Source: Methanosuratincola petrocarbonis (GTDB lineage Archaea; Thermoproteota; Methanomethylicia; Methanomethylicales; Methanomethylicaceae). From it: a DNA stretch of 64,000 nt. Shown one piece after another: positions 49,244 through 58,704 of this stretch. The position numbers and the translations under genes were made by a program. The stretch spans positions 1,253,005 to 1,317,004 of the forward strand of contig CP130488.1 of NCBI GenBank assembly GCA_030522375.1, given 5' to 3'. Under the pieces are notes generated by a model. It searched no databases. It saw only the letters and a program-made list of their open reading frames with translations, and was not told the DNA's origin. The number at the start of each line of letters is the position of its first letter. The stretch's first letter is position 1.

Positions 49244-50584
49244 TTGGAGGTCAATTTTTTGAGTCTTAGGGAGTTCATAGAGGCAGAGCGAGCCATTAGC
49301 GGAGCGGTACTGGACATCGAGGAGGAGGTGTCGACAGATTATGAGGCTGCAGCAATCATGAAGAGGCACGACGGTGGACCGACCCTCATATTCAGGAGAG
49401 TGAAGGGGCACAATCACCAAGCGGTGGGTGGGATCTGCGGGTCGCGCGAAAGGATCTACAGGGCAATAGGTGCAGACAAGGAAACATACTGCAGGAAGAT
49501 TTCCTGGGCGGTACAGAACCCAAAGCCTCCTGAGCTGGTCGAAAGCGGACCTGTCATGGAGGTTTCCGAGCCGCCGGACTTGGACAGGCTGCCGATCTTC
49601 AGGCACTACGAGAAGGATCCCGGGAAGTACATAACCTCAGGCATCGTGGTAGCGAGGAGCGCGGACGGCAGCTTCCAGAACGCGTCTGTGCACAGGATGC
49701 TGGTCCTCGGCAAGGACAGTCTGGCGATAAGGATAGTGCCGAGGCACCTCTACGCGATGAGGGAGGACGCCGCGATGCTGGGTCAGGATCTCCAGGTCGC
49801 TATAGTCATAGGGGCGCACCCTGCAGTCTTGGTAGGGGTCAACTCTGGGCCAGACTACAGGGTCAACGAGCTCTGGGTAGCCAACTCGCTGCTCGGGGGG
49901 AGGATGAAGGTTGTGAAGTGCCCAGACGTCGACATCGATGTCCCCTGCGACGCAGAGTTCGTGCTCGAGGGTGAGATAAGCGCTGACGAGACGGCGGAAG
50001 AGGGACCCTTCGTCGACCTAACGGGGACATACGACATAGTCAGGAAGCAGCCGGTAGTCAGGATCAGGAGGGTCATGAGGAGGCGGGATGCGATCTACCA
50101 GGCGCTGCTCCCAGGCGGGAGCGAGCACAAGCTGCTCATGGGGATCCCCAAGGAAGTGAGGATGTATGAAGCGATCCAGAAGGCGGTCCCGAAAGTCAAG
50201 GGCGTAAGGCTCACTCCAGGCGGTTGCTGCTGGTTCCACGCCGTGGTATCGATAAAGAAGCAGGCAGACGGCGACGGCAAGAACGCGGCTTTGGCGGCGC
50301 TCGGATCGAACCCCAGCCTCAAGCACGTCGTGGTGGTCGACGAGGATGTGGACATCGACAGCCCCGAGGAAGTGGAATGGGCGATCGCAACCAGATTCCA
50401 AGGGGACAAGGATCTCACACTCATTGAGGGGGCGAGGGGCTCGACGCTCGACCCTTCATCAGACCAGATAAATATACTGACAGCAAAGCTCGCGATCGAT
50501 GCGACCATCCCCTGGAGCAAGCCAAAGGAGAAATTCTTGCGGGCAGCAATACCCGAGGGAACAAGGGACGAGGAGCGCGGCTGA
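49244..50584 (+). CDS. UbiD-family decarboxylase, probable anhydromevalonate-phosphate decarboxylase
   Basis: NASVHR, EEGPFVDLTG, EHKLLMG, WAIATR; clustered with acnX genes. Confidence 0.88.
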   Translation: MEVNFLSLREFIEAERAISGAVLDIEEEVSTDYEAAAIMKRHDGGPTLIFRRVKGHNHQAVGGICGSRERIYRAIGADKETYCRKISWAVQNPKPPELVESGPVMEVSEPPDLDRLPIFRHYEKDPGKYITSGIVVARSADGSFQNASVHRMLVLGKDSLAIRIVPRHLYAMREDAAMLGQDLQVAIVIGAHPAVLVGVNSGPDYRVNELWVANSLLGGRMKVVKCPDVDIDVPCDAEFVLEGEISADETAEEGPFVDLTGTYDIVRKQPVVRIRRVMRRRDAIYQALLPGGSEHKLLMGIPKEVRMYEAIQKAVPKVKGVRLTPGGCCWFHAVVSIKKQADGDGKNAALAALGSNPSLKHVVVVDEDVDIDSPEEVEWAIATRFQGDKDLTLIEGARGSTLDPSSDQINILTAKLAIDATIPWSKPKEKFLRAAIPEGTRDEERG

Positions 50585-50658
50585 AAGGTCGATAGGAGGA
50601 GACAGGTGGCAAGCACAGGTTAGGAAGAAAGACTGTTCAAGCGATTGGGGGAAGCGCA

Positions 50659-51861
50659 TTGCGTCTGGACAGCGAAGAGGAAGGGATTCTCAACGGCAGG
50701 GAAGGGGCTGCGGCAAAAAAGGCGATGGAGCTGCTTGTGGCGATCGGGGAGGTCATGGGCGCGGAGAGGATGGTAAGGGTCACGAGCGCCCAAGTCTCCG
50801 GGGTCTCATACGGTAACATAGGGGAGGCCGGGCTCCAGTTCTTGGAGGATTGGGCAGAGAATGGCGCAAGGGTGAGGGTCCCGACCACGCTCAACCCCTG
50901 CGGGATGGACCTGGAAAGGTGGCAGGAGACGGGGGTGGACGGATCCTACCGGGCGAAGCAGCTGAGGATCATTGAAGCTTTCAGGAGGATGGGGGTGAGC
51001 ACGACCTGCACCTGCACCCCGTACTTGGTAGGGAACCTCCCGAAGGAGGGGGATCATATAGCCTGGTCCGAGTCATCCGCGGTCTGCTACGCGAACTCTG
51101 TGATAGGGGCGAGGACGAACAGGGAGGGGGGTCCATCCGCCCTCGCAGCAGCGATCGTGGGGAGGGCTCCTATGTACGGGCTACACCTGGACGCGAATCG
51201 GGCGCCGACGGTGATTATCGATGTTCAGGCGGAGGTGAGGACGAGGCATGAGTTCAGCCTTCTTGGGTATGCGGTCGGCAGGCGGATTGGCAGCGGGGTG
51301 CCGCTCTTCGAAGGGATACGCGGGGCTGACCGAGACGCTCTCAAGATAATGTCTGCAGCCCTCGCGGCCTCCGGAGGGATCGCGATGTTCCATATCCCCG
51401 GGGTCACACCCGAGGCCGGGAGGTGGCAGTGCAGGGGGCTCGAGCGGGTATCGGTCGGGGCCCGCGACCTTGAGGATTGCCGCGAAGCGCTCACTTGTGA
51501 TGGCGAACCGGATCTCTGCTGCATCGGCTGCCCCCACTGCAGCCCCGAAGAGCTGGAGGAGGTGGCACGTCTGGTGAAGGGGAGGAGGGTCGCCCATGGG
51601 AAGGCGCTATGGGTCTGGACCTCGAAGAAGGTCAGGGAGGAGGGTGATATGGCTGGGCATGTCCGCACGATCGAGGAGGCAGGGGGGAGGGTCTTTACTG
51701 ACACATGCATGGTCGTCTGCCCTCTCGAAAGGGCAGGATTCAAGCACATGGTCACGGATTCTTGCAAGGCTGCACATTACGTCCCTTCAACCTCTGGGAT
51801 GAAGACAACGGTCGCCGAGCTGCGAGATGCGGTGGCGAGGGTGATTGAGAATGGCACATGA
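50659..51861 (+). CDS. Aconitase X large subunit (phosphomevalonate dehydratase, DUF521)
   Basis: TTLNPCG, CTCTPY, WSESSA, NSVIGARTNREGG, GCPH, DTCMVVCP. Confidence 0.92.
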   Translation: MRLDSEEEGILNGREGAAAKKAMELLVAIGEVMGAERMVRVTSAQVSGVSYGNIGEAGLQFLEDWAENGARVRVPTTLNPCGMDLERWQETGVDGSYRAKQLRIIEAFRRMGVSTTCTCTPYLVGNLPKEGDHIAWSESSAVCYANSVIGARTNREGGPSALAAAIVGRAPMYGLHLDANRAPTVIIDVQAEVRTRHEFSLLGYAVGRRIGSGVPLFEGIRGADRDALKIMSAALAASGGIAMFHIPGVTPEAGRWQCRGLERVSVGARDLEDCREALTCDGEPDLCCIGCPHCSPEELEEVARLVKGRRVAHGKALWVWTSKKVREEGDMAGHVRTIEEAGGRVFTDTCMVVCPLERAGFKHMVTDSCKAAHYVPSTSGMKTTVAELRDAVARVIENGT

Positions 51862-52279
51862 GGCGGTCTTCAGGGGCAGGGGGGTTGCAAAGTTCAGGGG
51901 GGAGGGCGAGGCACTCGTCACCGGGCAAGGGATATCCTTCTTTGGCGGCGTGGATCCAGACACGGGGAAAATCAGGGAGAGGGGGCACGAACTCCTTGGT
52001 AAGGATGTTACAAACAGGGTGCTCGTTTTCCCCAAGGGAAAGGGGAGCACAGTCGGCTCATATGTCATCTACCAGCTGAGGAGGAACGGCCACGCACCGG
52101 CTGCGATAATAAATGTCGAAACAGAAGCGATAATCGCCGCCGGGTGCATACTAGCCGAGATCCCCCTCGTCGACAGGCTCGACGCAGATCCAATAGCCGA
52201 GATCAGGAGCGGGGACTGGGTCGAGGTGGACGGCACCACCGGCTTTGTGAAGGTGAAGAGGCGAGTCCCGCGCGACTGA
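51845..52279 (+). CDS. Aconitase X small (swiveling) subunit, DUF126
   Basis: ISFFGGVDPDTG, GKGSTVGSYV. Confidence 0.92.
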   Translation: MRMAHEAVFRGRGVAKFRGEGEALVTGQGISFFGGVDPDTGKIRERGHELLGKDVTNRVLVFPKGKGSTVGSYVIYQLRRNGHAPAAIINVETEAIIAAGCILAEIPLVDRLDADPIAEIRSGDWVEVDGTTGFVKVKRRVPRD

Positions 52280-52311
52280 CGTCCTCCCACCTCTGAATGG
52301 TGCGGGCTTCC
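52277..52311 (-). mobile_element. IS200/IS605-type right-end hairpin remnant (copy C)
   Basis: Minus strand GGAAGCCCGCACCATTCAGAGGTGGGAGGACGTCA, matching the GGAAGCCC..TTCAG..GGGAGGA.GTCA end pattern of archaeal tnpB elements. Confidence 0.7.
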
Positions 52312-52497
52312 TGGGCTATGTTGGCAAGGGTCCGCCGAGCAGGGTCAGCGAAGCATGCAGCGTGAATCCATACACAAATGACGGATTTTTGCACGGACAT
52401 GTACCGGAATGGTGTATCTCAGCTCATGCCGGCTGAAATGCGGGCGGTCGGATGGCAAAGGTTAAGACATAACAGTTCGATATTTTTGTCGGGATGA

Positions 52498-53760
52498 GTG
52501 ATGGAGAGACCCTGGGGGATGATAAAGGATCCGGTCCACGGCTACGTCCACATCACCGAGACCGAGAAGGAGATCATCGACACGCTGCCCCTCCAGAGGC
52601 TCAGGAGGATCAAGCAGCTCGTCTTCGCAGACTATGTCTACCCAGGGGCGAACCACACGAGGTTCGAGCATTCGGTCGGCGTGATGCACCTCGCAGGTCT
52701 GCTCGGAAAGGCGCTCCCGGTCGGGATGGACAGGGACGAGATCCAGAGGATCAGGCTGGCAGGGCTCTGCCATGACCTGGGGCACGGGCCGTTCTCGCAC
52801 ACCTTCGAGCAGGTACTGATGAAGAGGCTGAACAAGACCCACGAGGACCTCACCCCCTGGATCGTGAGGGGGACAGAGCTCAGCGAGATCATCTCCAGGC
52901 ACGGCTTCACCCCGGACGAGATAGCGGAGCTCGCAGTGGGCAGGGATCAGAAGGCGAGGTCGTTCATGAACCAGATAATCTCGAGCTCCGTCGACGTTGA
53001 CAAGATGGACTTCCTCTCGAGGGACACGCACCACACGGGCGCGGAGTACGGCAAGATCGACATATACAGGCTGATCTACAAGATGGATGTCTTCGACGAC
53101 ACACTTGTTGTGGACAGCTCGGCTCTTGCTGCCCTCGAGGCTTTCCTTATAGCGAGGATAGAGTCATTCAGGGCGATATACTACCACAAGACCGCGAGAT
53201 CGGCGCAGATCCTGCTAGTCAGGGCCCTTGAGGCGGCGGAGGAGGAGCTCGGGCTCTGCAGCTTCAAAATCCCGGACGAATACCTCGAACTGGACGACTA
53301 CAGCGTCTGGGCGGAGCTGAAGAGGTGCGAAAAGTCCGCGCAAATAATAAGGGACCTCGAGTCCAGGAGGCTCCTCAAGTGCGCGTACGAGAGGGAGGTC
53401 CAAGCAGAGGACAAAGCGATCTCGGGGCTCTTCAGCCTGGACGGGATAAGGAGGGAGGTCGAGTCTGAGATAGCGGACCTGGCTGGGATACCGACCTCGA
53501 GCGTCTTCATAGACACCCCCTCGCTCCCGTCCATACCATACTTCCACAAGCTCTCCCTTGACCCAATGGAGATACCGGTGGTCGACGCCTCGGGGAAGTG
53601 TGTGCTGAAGGCGACGAAGATCTCAAAGATAATAGAGGTGCTGAAGGGCTTCATGAACATAGTCAGGGTCTACACATATGAGGGGGACAGGGACAGGGTG
53701 AAAGAGGCGTCCGAGAAGATACTCGGGCGCCTGCCGGAGTCCGCGAGGGTCTCGTACTGA
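52498..53760 (+). CDS. HD-domain phosphohydrolase (SAMHD1/dNTPase-like)
   Basis: IKDPVHG, HTRFEHS, LCHDLGHGPFSH, DVDKMDFL. Confidence 0.92.
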   Translation: MMERPWGMIKDPVHGYVHITETEKEIIDTLPLQRLRRIKQLVFADYVYPGANHTRFEHSVGVMHLAGLLGKALPVGMDRDEIQRIRLAGLCHDLGHGPFSHTFEQVLMKRLNKTHEDLTPWIVRGTELSEIISRHGFTPDEIAELAVGRDQKARSFMNQIISSSVDVDKMDFLSRDTHHTGAEYGKIDIYRLIYKMDVFDDTLVVDSSALAALEAFLIARIESFRAIYYHKTARSAQILLVRALEAAEEELGLCSFKIPDEYLELDDYSVWAELKRCEKSAQIIRDLESRRLLKCAYEREVQAEDKAISGLFSLDGIRREVESEIADLAGIPTSSVFIDTPSLPSIPYFHKLSLDPMEIPVVDASGKCVLKATKISKIIEVLKGFMNIVRVYTYEGDRDRVKEASEKILGRLPESARVSY

Positions 53761-53809
53761 CCGCTCAGTCTAGAACGAGCAGCAGCCGGCTTAACGATTG
53801 GCGCTTTCC

Positions 53810-54418
53810 CTATGATACGACCGAGATTAGCAGCGGGAGAACCTTCCTGACGATTTCCGCATGGACGTCTTCGACTGGCTTTGAGGCATCCACGACCTCA
53901 TGCCCCTTCCTCTCCGCCCTCTCAAGGAAATTCTGCCGCACCCTCCTGAGGAAGTCGGAGTTCTCATACCGCTCCCTTGAGGATCCCTTCCTCTTCAGGG
54001 AAACCTCGGGGTCAATGTCCATTATTATCGTGAGATCCGGCTTTAGCGCGTGCCTGTTTATCGCGAGGATCCACCGCTCATCAAGACCCTGGGCGCACTG
54101 ATAGGCTATAGAGGACTCGAGGTAACGGTCAGAAACCACTATCTTACGGTCCGCAAGCGCGGGCCTTATTAGGCGCTCAACATGGTCTGCGCGGTCAGCC
54201 GCGAACAGGAGTGCGTCGACAACAGGCGAGCCGGAAGGCTGAGCAAGCGAGCGCCTGATTGCGGGCTCGATGAAACCGTCCGGGTTGGGCTCCTTGGTCG
54301 CGACAACCCTGAAGCCCTTTTCCGCCAGGAGGTCCGCGAGGAGGCGGGTCTGCGTCGACGAGCCTGCGCCGTCCACACCCTCCAGGGCGATGAATACACC
54401 CCTCTTTAGATCGGGCAT
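53810..54418 (-). CDS. tmk: Thymidylate kinase
   Basis: LEGVDGAGSST, LFAADR, DRYLESSIAYQ. Confidence 0.95.
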   Translation of the reverse strand: MPDLKRGVFIALEGVDGAGSSTQTRLLADLLAEKGFRVVATKEPNPDGFIEPAIRRSLAQPSGSPVVDALLFAADRADHVERLIRPALADRKIVVSDRYLESSIAYQCAQGLDERWILAINRHALKPDLTIIMDIDPEVSLKRKGSSRERYENSDFLRRVRQNFLERAERKGHEVVDASKPVEDVHAEIVRKVLPLLISVVS

Positions 54419-54482
54419 GCGATCAGATCTGGGGCGAACCGATTATATGCCTATCCCATCGAGATCTTCACGGTGAGGCATT

Positions 54483-55268
54483 TTGCCCTCTTGTGCTGAG
54501 AGGCAGGGAGAGACGCTCCTCAAGTTCTTAAAGGTGAAGGGATCTGGCAACGGCGCGATTGAAATACTTGCGGATCGGAGAGAAGCACCATCCCAGACTG
54601 CTAGGTCGTTGGCTGCGCTAGGCGTTAAGATCGAGTACAGAACGCTCAAGGTCGGCGACTATGTCGTCTCGGAAGAGGTCGCGATAGAGAGGAAGACATA
54701 CGCGGACCTGGCGGCTTCTATAGTGGACAGGAGGCTCTTCTCTCAGGCTCAGGCGCTCAGAGAGTGCTACCCCCGGCCGATTATCCTCCTGGAGATGGGG
54801 GGGAGTGCGGAGGTTGGAGTCTCCAGGGAGGCGATCAGAGGCGCGGTCGCGAGCATGGTCCTAGACTTCGGTATCCCTGTGATAGCCGCGGAAGGGCCCG
54901 AGGACGCGGCAGGGTTCATAGTAGCAATGGCAAAGAGAGAACAGAGACAGGCAGGCGCCCCGATCAGCCTGAAGGACAGGAGGCGCCCAAGGACACCGGA
55001 TGAGGAGAAGGAGTACGTCGTTGCCAGCCTACCGATGGTCGAGGTCTCGACTGCAAGGAGGCTCCTGGCAGAATTCGGGACCGTCCAGGCGGTCTTCTCT
55101 GCCAGCGAGGAGGACCTCCAGAGGGTCGAGAAGATCGGCCCGAAGAAGGCGAGGAGGATCAGGGAGGTCGCCTCGACGCCCTACGGAGGGTTCAAAGGCA
55201 GCGCAATAGATGGACCGAGGCAAGGCGGTCCCTCGAATAATCCCGATGGCACGACTCGATCCGGCTAG
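54483..55268 (+). CDS. xpf: Short XPF/ERCC4 endonuclease (start uncertain)
   Basis: ADRRE, VGDYVV..AIERKT, (HhH)2 VEKIGPKKA. Confidence 0.9.
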   Translation: MPSCAERQGETLLKFLKVKGSGNGAIEILADRREAPSQTARSLAALGVKIEYRTLKVGDYVVSEEVAIERKTYADLAASIVDRRLFSQAQALRECYPRPIILLEMGGSAEVGVSREAIRGAVASMVLDFGIPVIAAEGPEDAAGFIVAMAKREQRQAGAPISLKDRRRPRTPDEEKEYVVASLPMVEVSTARRLLAEFGTVQAVFSASEEDLQRVEKIGPKKARRIREVASTPYGGFKGSAIDGPRQGGPSNNPDGTTRSG

Positions 55269-55627
55269 CGCTTTGCCCCCCTGACCTTCTCGAGGAGGTC
55301 GAAGAGCGAGGAGAGGACTCCCACATGCCGCTCAATCTCGGAGAGATCCCTGGTCATCTGGAGGGAGGATTGCACCTCGGAGATCTTTGCCACAATCACG
55401 TCTTCAAGACCTGATGCCACGACCGCCTGCGCAGCCACCCTCTCGGTCTCGGAGGGTTTGGCGAAGACCACCCGTTTGTTGCACCCGGGGCAGATCACCT
55501 CGCCGCTGGAGAGGCGGAACAGGGGCGTCTTGCACTCGGGGCATGCCTGGGAAAGCATCGTCGCCCCCTCCCGGAGTAGGTCAGCCATGCGCTTGACCTG
55601 CGAGTCCCTTGTGCTCATGAAAACCAC
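55265..55627 (-). CDS. UPF0148/SSSCA1-family Zn-ribbon protein
   Basis: MADLLREGATML..ACPECKTPLF...ICPGC. Confidence 0.9.
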   Translation of the reverse strand: MVFMSTRDSQVKRMADLLREGATMLSQACPECKTPLFRLSSGEVICPGCNKRVVFAKPSETERVAAQAVVASGLEDVIVAKISEVQSSLQMTRDLSEIERHVGVLSSLFDLLEKVRGAKR

Positions 55628-55683
55628 ACAGAATAAAGGTAATAAGGAGGATTATATGCCTATTTGCTGAAAAGGTGGTTAGA

Positions 55684-55938
55684 ATGAGCAGCGACAAGAT
55701 GGCCCAGGCGATCAATGTCCTCCAGAGGATAGCAGATGATAATGGAGTTCCCAGGAACATCAGGAGGGCGGCCTCGGAGGCAATGAAGGCGCTGCAGGGG
55801 AAGACCTACTCGGACGCGGTCAAGGCTGCGAACGCTATCAGTATACTCGAGGAGTGCGGGCAGGACCCGAATATGCCGCTCTTCGCCAGGACGGCTATCT
55901 GGCAGGCGATAAGCATCCTCGAGCAGGTCAAGGACTGA
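55684..55938 (+). CDS. UPF0147-family protein
   Basis: DNGVPRNIRRAA, DPNMPLFARTAIW. Confidence 0.92.
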   Translation: MSSDKMAQAINVLQRIADDNGVPRNIRRAASEAMKALQGKTYSDAVKAANAISILEECGQDPNMPLFARTAIWQAISILEQVKD

Positions 55939-55944
55939 ACTTTT

Positions 55945-56772
55945 TCAGATTCTTCTCCCACGGGAACTCCTGATCAGGGAAAGGGCTTCCCTGCATGCCT
56001 TCTCGCATCCAGCGACGAGTTCGATCCGCTCAGCTAGGTCGAGTGGGCAGTCCAAGTCGTTTCCATCGAGATCCAAAACCTTTGCGCCTGCCTCCCTTAG
56101 TATGAGGACAGAGGCGGCTATGTCCGTGACCCGCAGGAGGCAGCGGTTGTCAAGGTAAAAGTCGAGGGCGCCGCAAGCGGTGTAGCACAGCCCGAGGGCT
56201 GCAGACCCGAGGTTCCTGATGTGCTTCACGGAGAGGAGGACTGGCAGCGCCTCGTAGACTTTTTGGCGGTTACCCCGGACGTTGAAGTCAAGTCCGGCGA
56301 GGGATCTGCCCAACTCCACCCCCTCGTTCACCCTTATCGGTGCCCCGTCCAGGAAGGCACCAGATCCCCTCTCTGCCCAGAAGACCCGCCCCGAAGGGAT
56401 CTCCATCACGACTGCAGACTCGACGTCAGAGAGGCGGGGACCCCGCGCGAGGGCTGCCGAGATCGAGTAGAGGGCGATCCCGCGTGTCGCGTTAGTGGTC
56501 CCGTCCACTGGGTCCAAGACGACGAGCGGGTACTCCTCGCCGCAGAAGCGCTTCACCCCCAGCTCCTCGCTGAGCAGGCTGCCCCTGAACCCCGTGGACT
56601 CGAGATAGGAGAGTGCGGCGTCCTCCGCCACCTTGTCTAACCGCTTGGTCAGGTCGCCGCTTGCCCCTTTCTTCACGACCTCGCGAAGGGAGGACAGGGG
56701 CGACCGCGCCGAGAATCCAGATATCGCGGAAAATTCGGAACCGCAGATGCCCTTCAGAAGATCCAGACTCAT
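55945..56772 (-). CDS. suhB: Inositol monophosphatase/FBPase family protein
   Basis: SEE, LDPVDGTTN, GSAAL, DIAAS. Confidence 0.9.
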   Translation of the reverse strand: MSLDLLKGICGSEFSAISGFSARSPLSSLREVVKKGASGDLTKRLDKVAEDAALSYLESTGFRGSLLSEELGVKRFCGEEYPLVVLDPVDGTTNATRGIALYSISAALARGPRLSDVESAVVMEIPSGRVFWAERGSGAFLDGAPIRVNEGVELGRSLAGLDFNVRGNRQKVYEALPVLLSVKHIRNLGSAALGLCYTACGALDFYLDNRCLLRVTDIAASVLILREAGAKVLDLDGNDLDCPLDLAERIELVAGCEKACREALSLIRSSRGRRI

Positions 56773-56816
56773 ACCTGTTAAGAATATATGTGACTCTTAT
56801 AAAATTAGTAGGGCAG

Positions 56817-56904
56817 GCGGGGGTCGCCAAGTCAGGTCAAAGGCGCAAGGCTCAGGACCTTGTGGCGAAGGCCTTCGTGGGTTCGAATCCCACTCCCCGC
56901 ACCA
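56817..56904 (+). tRNA. tRNA-Leu(CAG), intron-less, CCA encoded
   Basis: Acceptor stem GCGGGGG/TCCCCGC, anticodon arm CAAGG-CT CAG GA-CCTTG, long variable arm, GGTTCGAATCC T-loop; TTATAAAA upstream. Confidence 0.97.
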
Positions 56905-57140
56905 AGTAACCCTTCGAGGGCATGCAAGCACCCCCAGAAGCGCCGATCGGAACCTCCTTTGACCGAACATTAGACTGACGCGGCAAGGCATCCGATTATG
57001 ACCGATGAGGTTCAGGCGCTGCGATCTATGCCCAATAAAGCTGCGACTCTTTTTTCGGCAAAGCTTCCCGCTGGCCGCAGTATTGTTCCTTTGATGTAAA
57101 TTTTCCCCAAATTGGCTGTCATTACTTCAAACCTTTGTTA

Positions 57141-57169
57141 AAGTACTTAAGGTAAGTATTTTTAATACT
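57141..57169. promoter_or_regulatory. Candidate operator(s) upstream of the fibre operon
   Basis: Palindrome AAGTACTT (57141-48) and inverted repeat AGTATT-TTT-AATACT (57155-69) in an AT-rich promoter region. Confidence 0.4.
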
Positions 57170-57303
57170 AATTATTCATAAGGAAAAAAGATACATTATT
57201 TTTTATTAGTATCAATAGATATTATTATATTTGTCAGGCATTAAATCGGGGGTTGCCTGAAACCATACGACCAAAAATGCCCCGATAGAGGAGATGAGAA
57301 AAA

Positions 57304-57960
57304 ATGAAAAGTAAAATGGGAGTAATACTCGGAGTATCCATAGCAGCCATACTTATGTTAGGAGTGACTTACGGACTTTGGTTCCAGGCACTGTACATCT
57401 ACGGTACCGTCTATACCGGCACCCTCGACGCACAGTGGAGCATACACCACGCTTTTGACACCGAGCCTGATGAAAAGGACTTTAGCAACATTACCGTAAC
57501 TCCAGACATGATAGACCCCTACCTGCTTCACGTAACTGTTGAGAATGCCTATCCATGCATCACATACTACGCGGTGATCGATCTCACCAACACGGGCACT
57601 ATCCCGTGGATAGTCTACGAGGCATCGCTTGCCCCAGATCAGGACTTCCCGGGGACGGTGGAGTTCGTACCGATCGACAATATTGATGATGTTGTGGAAG
57701 ACCTCGGTTTGCTGGAAGAACTTGAACATCCAGAATTTGAAAACGGGGACCTGATGCCCATACAGAACGGGACTCAGGTGCATCCAGGGGAGTCCGCGTG
57801 GGGAGTCCTTGCAATCCATCTGACCAACGACGCTCAGGAGGACTCGACATACACCTTCAGCTTCAAGGTAGTCGTCGAGCAGTGGAATGAGTGGCCAACT
57901 GAGCCGCCAGAGGGATATGACAGCAACGAAGAGTGGCTTTTGGATCTAATAGCTGACTGA
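57304..57960 (+). CDS. SipW-dependent TasA/AbpA-like fibre subunit 1
   Basis: Signal peptide ending TYG, then LWFQALYIYGTVYTGTLD; NAYPC, NTGTIP, QVHPG, YTFSF...QWNE. Confidence 0.82.
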   Translation: MKSKMGVILGVSIAAILMLGVTYGLWFQALYIYGTVYTGTLDAQWSIHHAFDTEPDEKDFSNITVTPDMIDPYLLHVTVENAYPCITYYAVIDLTNTGTIPWIVYEASLAPDQDFPGTVEFVPIDNIDDVVEDLGLLEELEHPEFENGDLMPIQNGTQVHPGESAWGVLAIHLTNDAQEDSTYTFSFKVVVEQWNEWPTEPPEGYDSNEEWLLDLIAD

Positions 57961-57971
57961 GGGGAGCACAT

Positions 57972-58637
57972 ATGACTAACAAGAAACTGGTGCTGATTCC
58001 TGCTGCGCTGATCGTTGCGCTCTTTGCATTCTCGGTGACCTACGGGCTCTGGTTCCAAGCATTGTACGTGGAAGGCACTGTGAACACTGGTGTCTTGGAG
58101 TGGAAGATAGTAGATCAGTTCACTTCAGACGCCGGGGAGCAACCGGACAGATCCATCCTGCCAGGGTTCGAAGGGGACAGCTTTATTGTCCCTGAAGGCA
58201 AGCATGTGGGCTGGACGGATTGCGTGATCGCGGATGACGGGATGTCCGCAACCTTTACAATGTACAACACATATCCATGCTACTTAGCAATGTTCTCGGT
58301 CTACTTCCGCAACACTGGGACTGTTCCGATACACGTCGAATATATCGAGTTTTACGACGGAGGGGGCAATCTGATAGTAAACTACACTTATCCGTTCTCA
58401 GAACTCGAGGACTTTGAGCTCGACCTTACTGGCGATGGGCTTCCAGACATCGAGATACTGTGGCTAGAGCCGCTTGGGGACCAAATACACCCAGGCGATC
58501 GCTCAAGCGAGTACAGCTGGTGGGTGCACGTACTGCAGACTGCACCAGAGGGTGCCACTCTGACGTACATGATAAAGCCATTCGCGGTGCAGTGGAACGA
58601 GTCCGACTGGCCTATCCAATACGGTCAATCTACCTAA
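57972..58637 (+). CDS. SipW-dependent TasA/AbpA-like fibre subunit 2 (paralog)
   Basis: TYG then LWFQALYVEGTVNTGVLE; NTYPC, NTGTVP, QIHPG, QWNE. Confidence 0.82.
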   Translation: MTNKKLVLIPAALIVALFAFSVTYGLWFQALYVEGTVNTGVLEWKIVDQFTSDAGEQPDRSILPGFEGDSFIVPEGKHVGWTDCVIADDGMSATFTMYNTYPCYLAMFSVYFRNTGTVPIHVEYIEFYDGGGNLIVNYTYPFSELEDFELDLTGDGLPDIEILWLEPLGDQIHPGDRSSEYSWWVHVLQTAPEGATLTYMIKPFAVQWNESDWPIQYGQST

Positions 58638-58652
58638 CGAATTGAACAAAAC

Positions 58653-58667
58653 TTTTTTTCTTTTTTT
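58653..58667 (+). terminator. T-tract after the two major subunit genes
   Basis: TTTTTTTCTTTTTTT. Confidence 0.6.
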
Positions 58668-58704
58668 ATAGTTTATATGAAATGAAAGGGACGGGTGGAA
58701 GGCG

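Noticed and set aside
57050-57085. c-di-GMP-I riboswitch-like GGCAAAGC motif upstream of the fibre operon
   Set aside because: Only a few nucleotides match and the required P1/P2/P3 pairings cannot be built.
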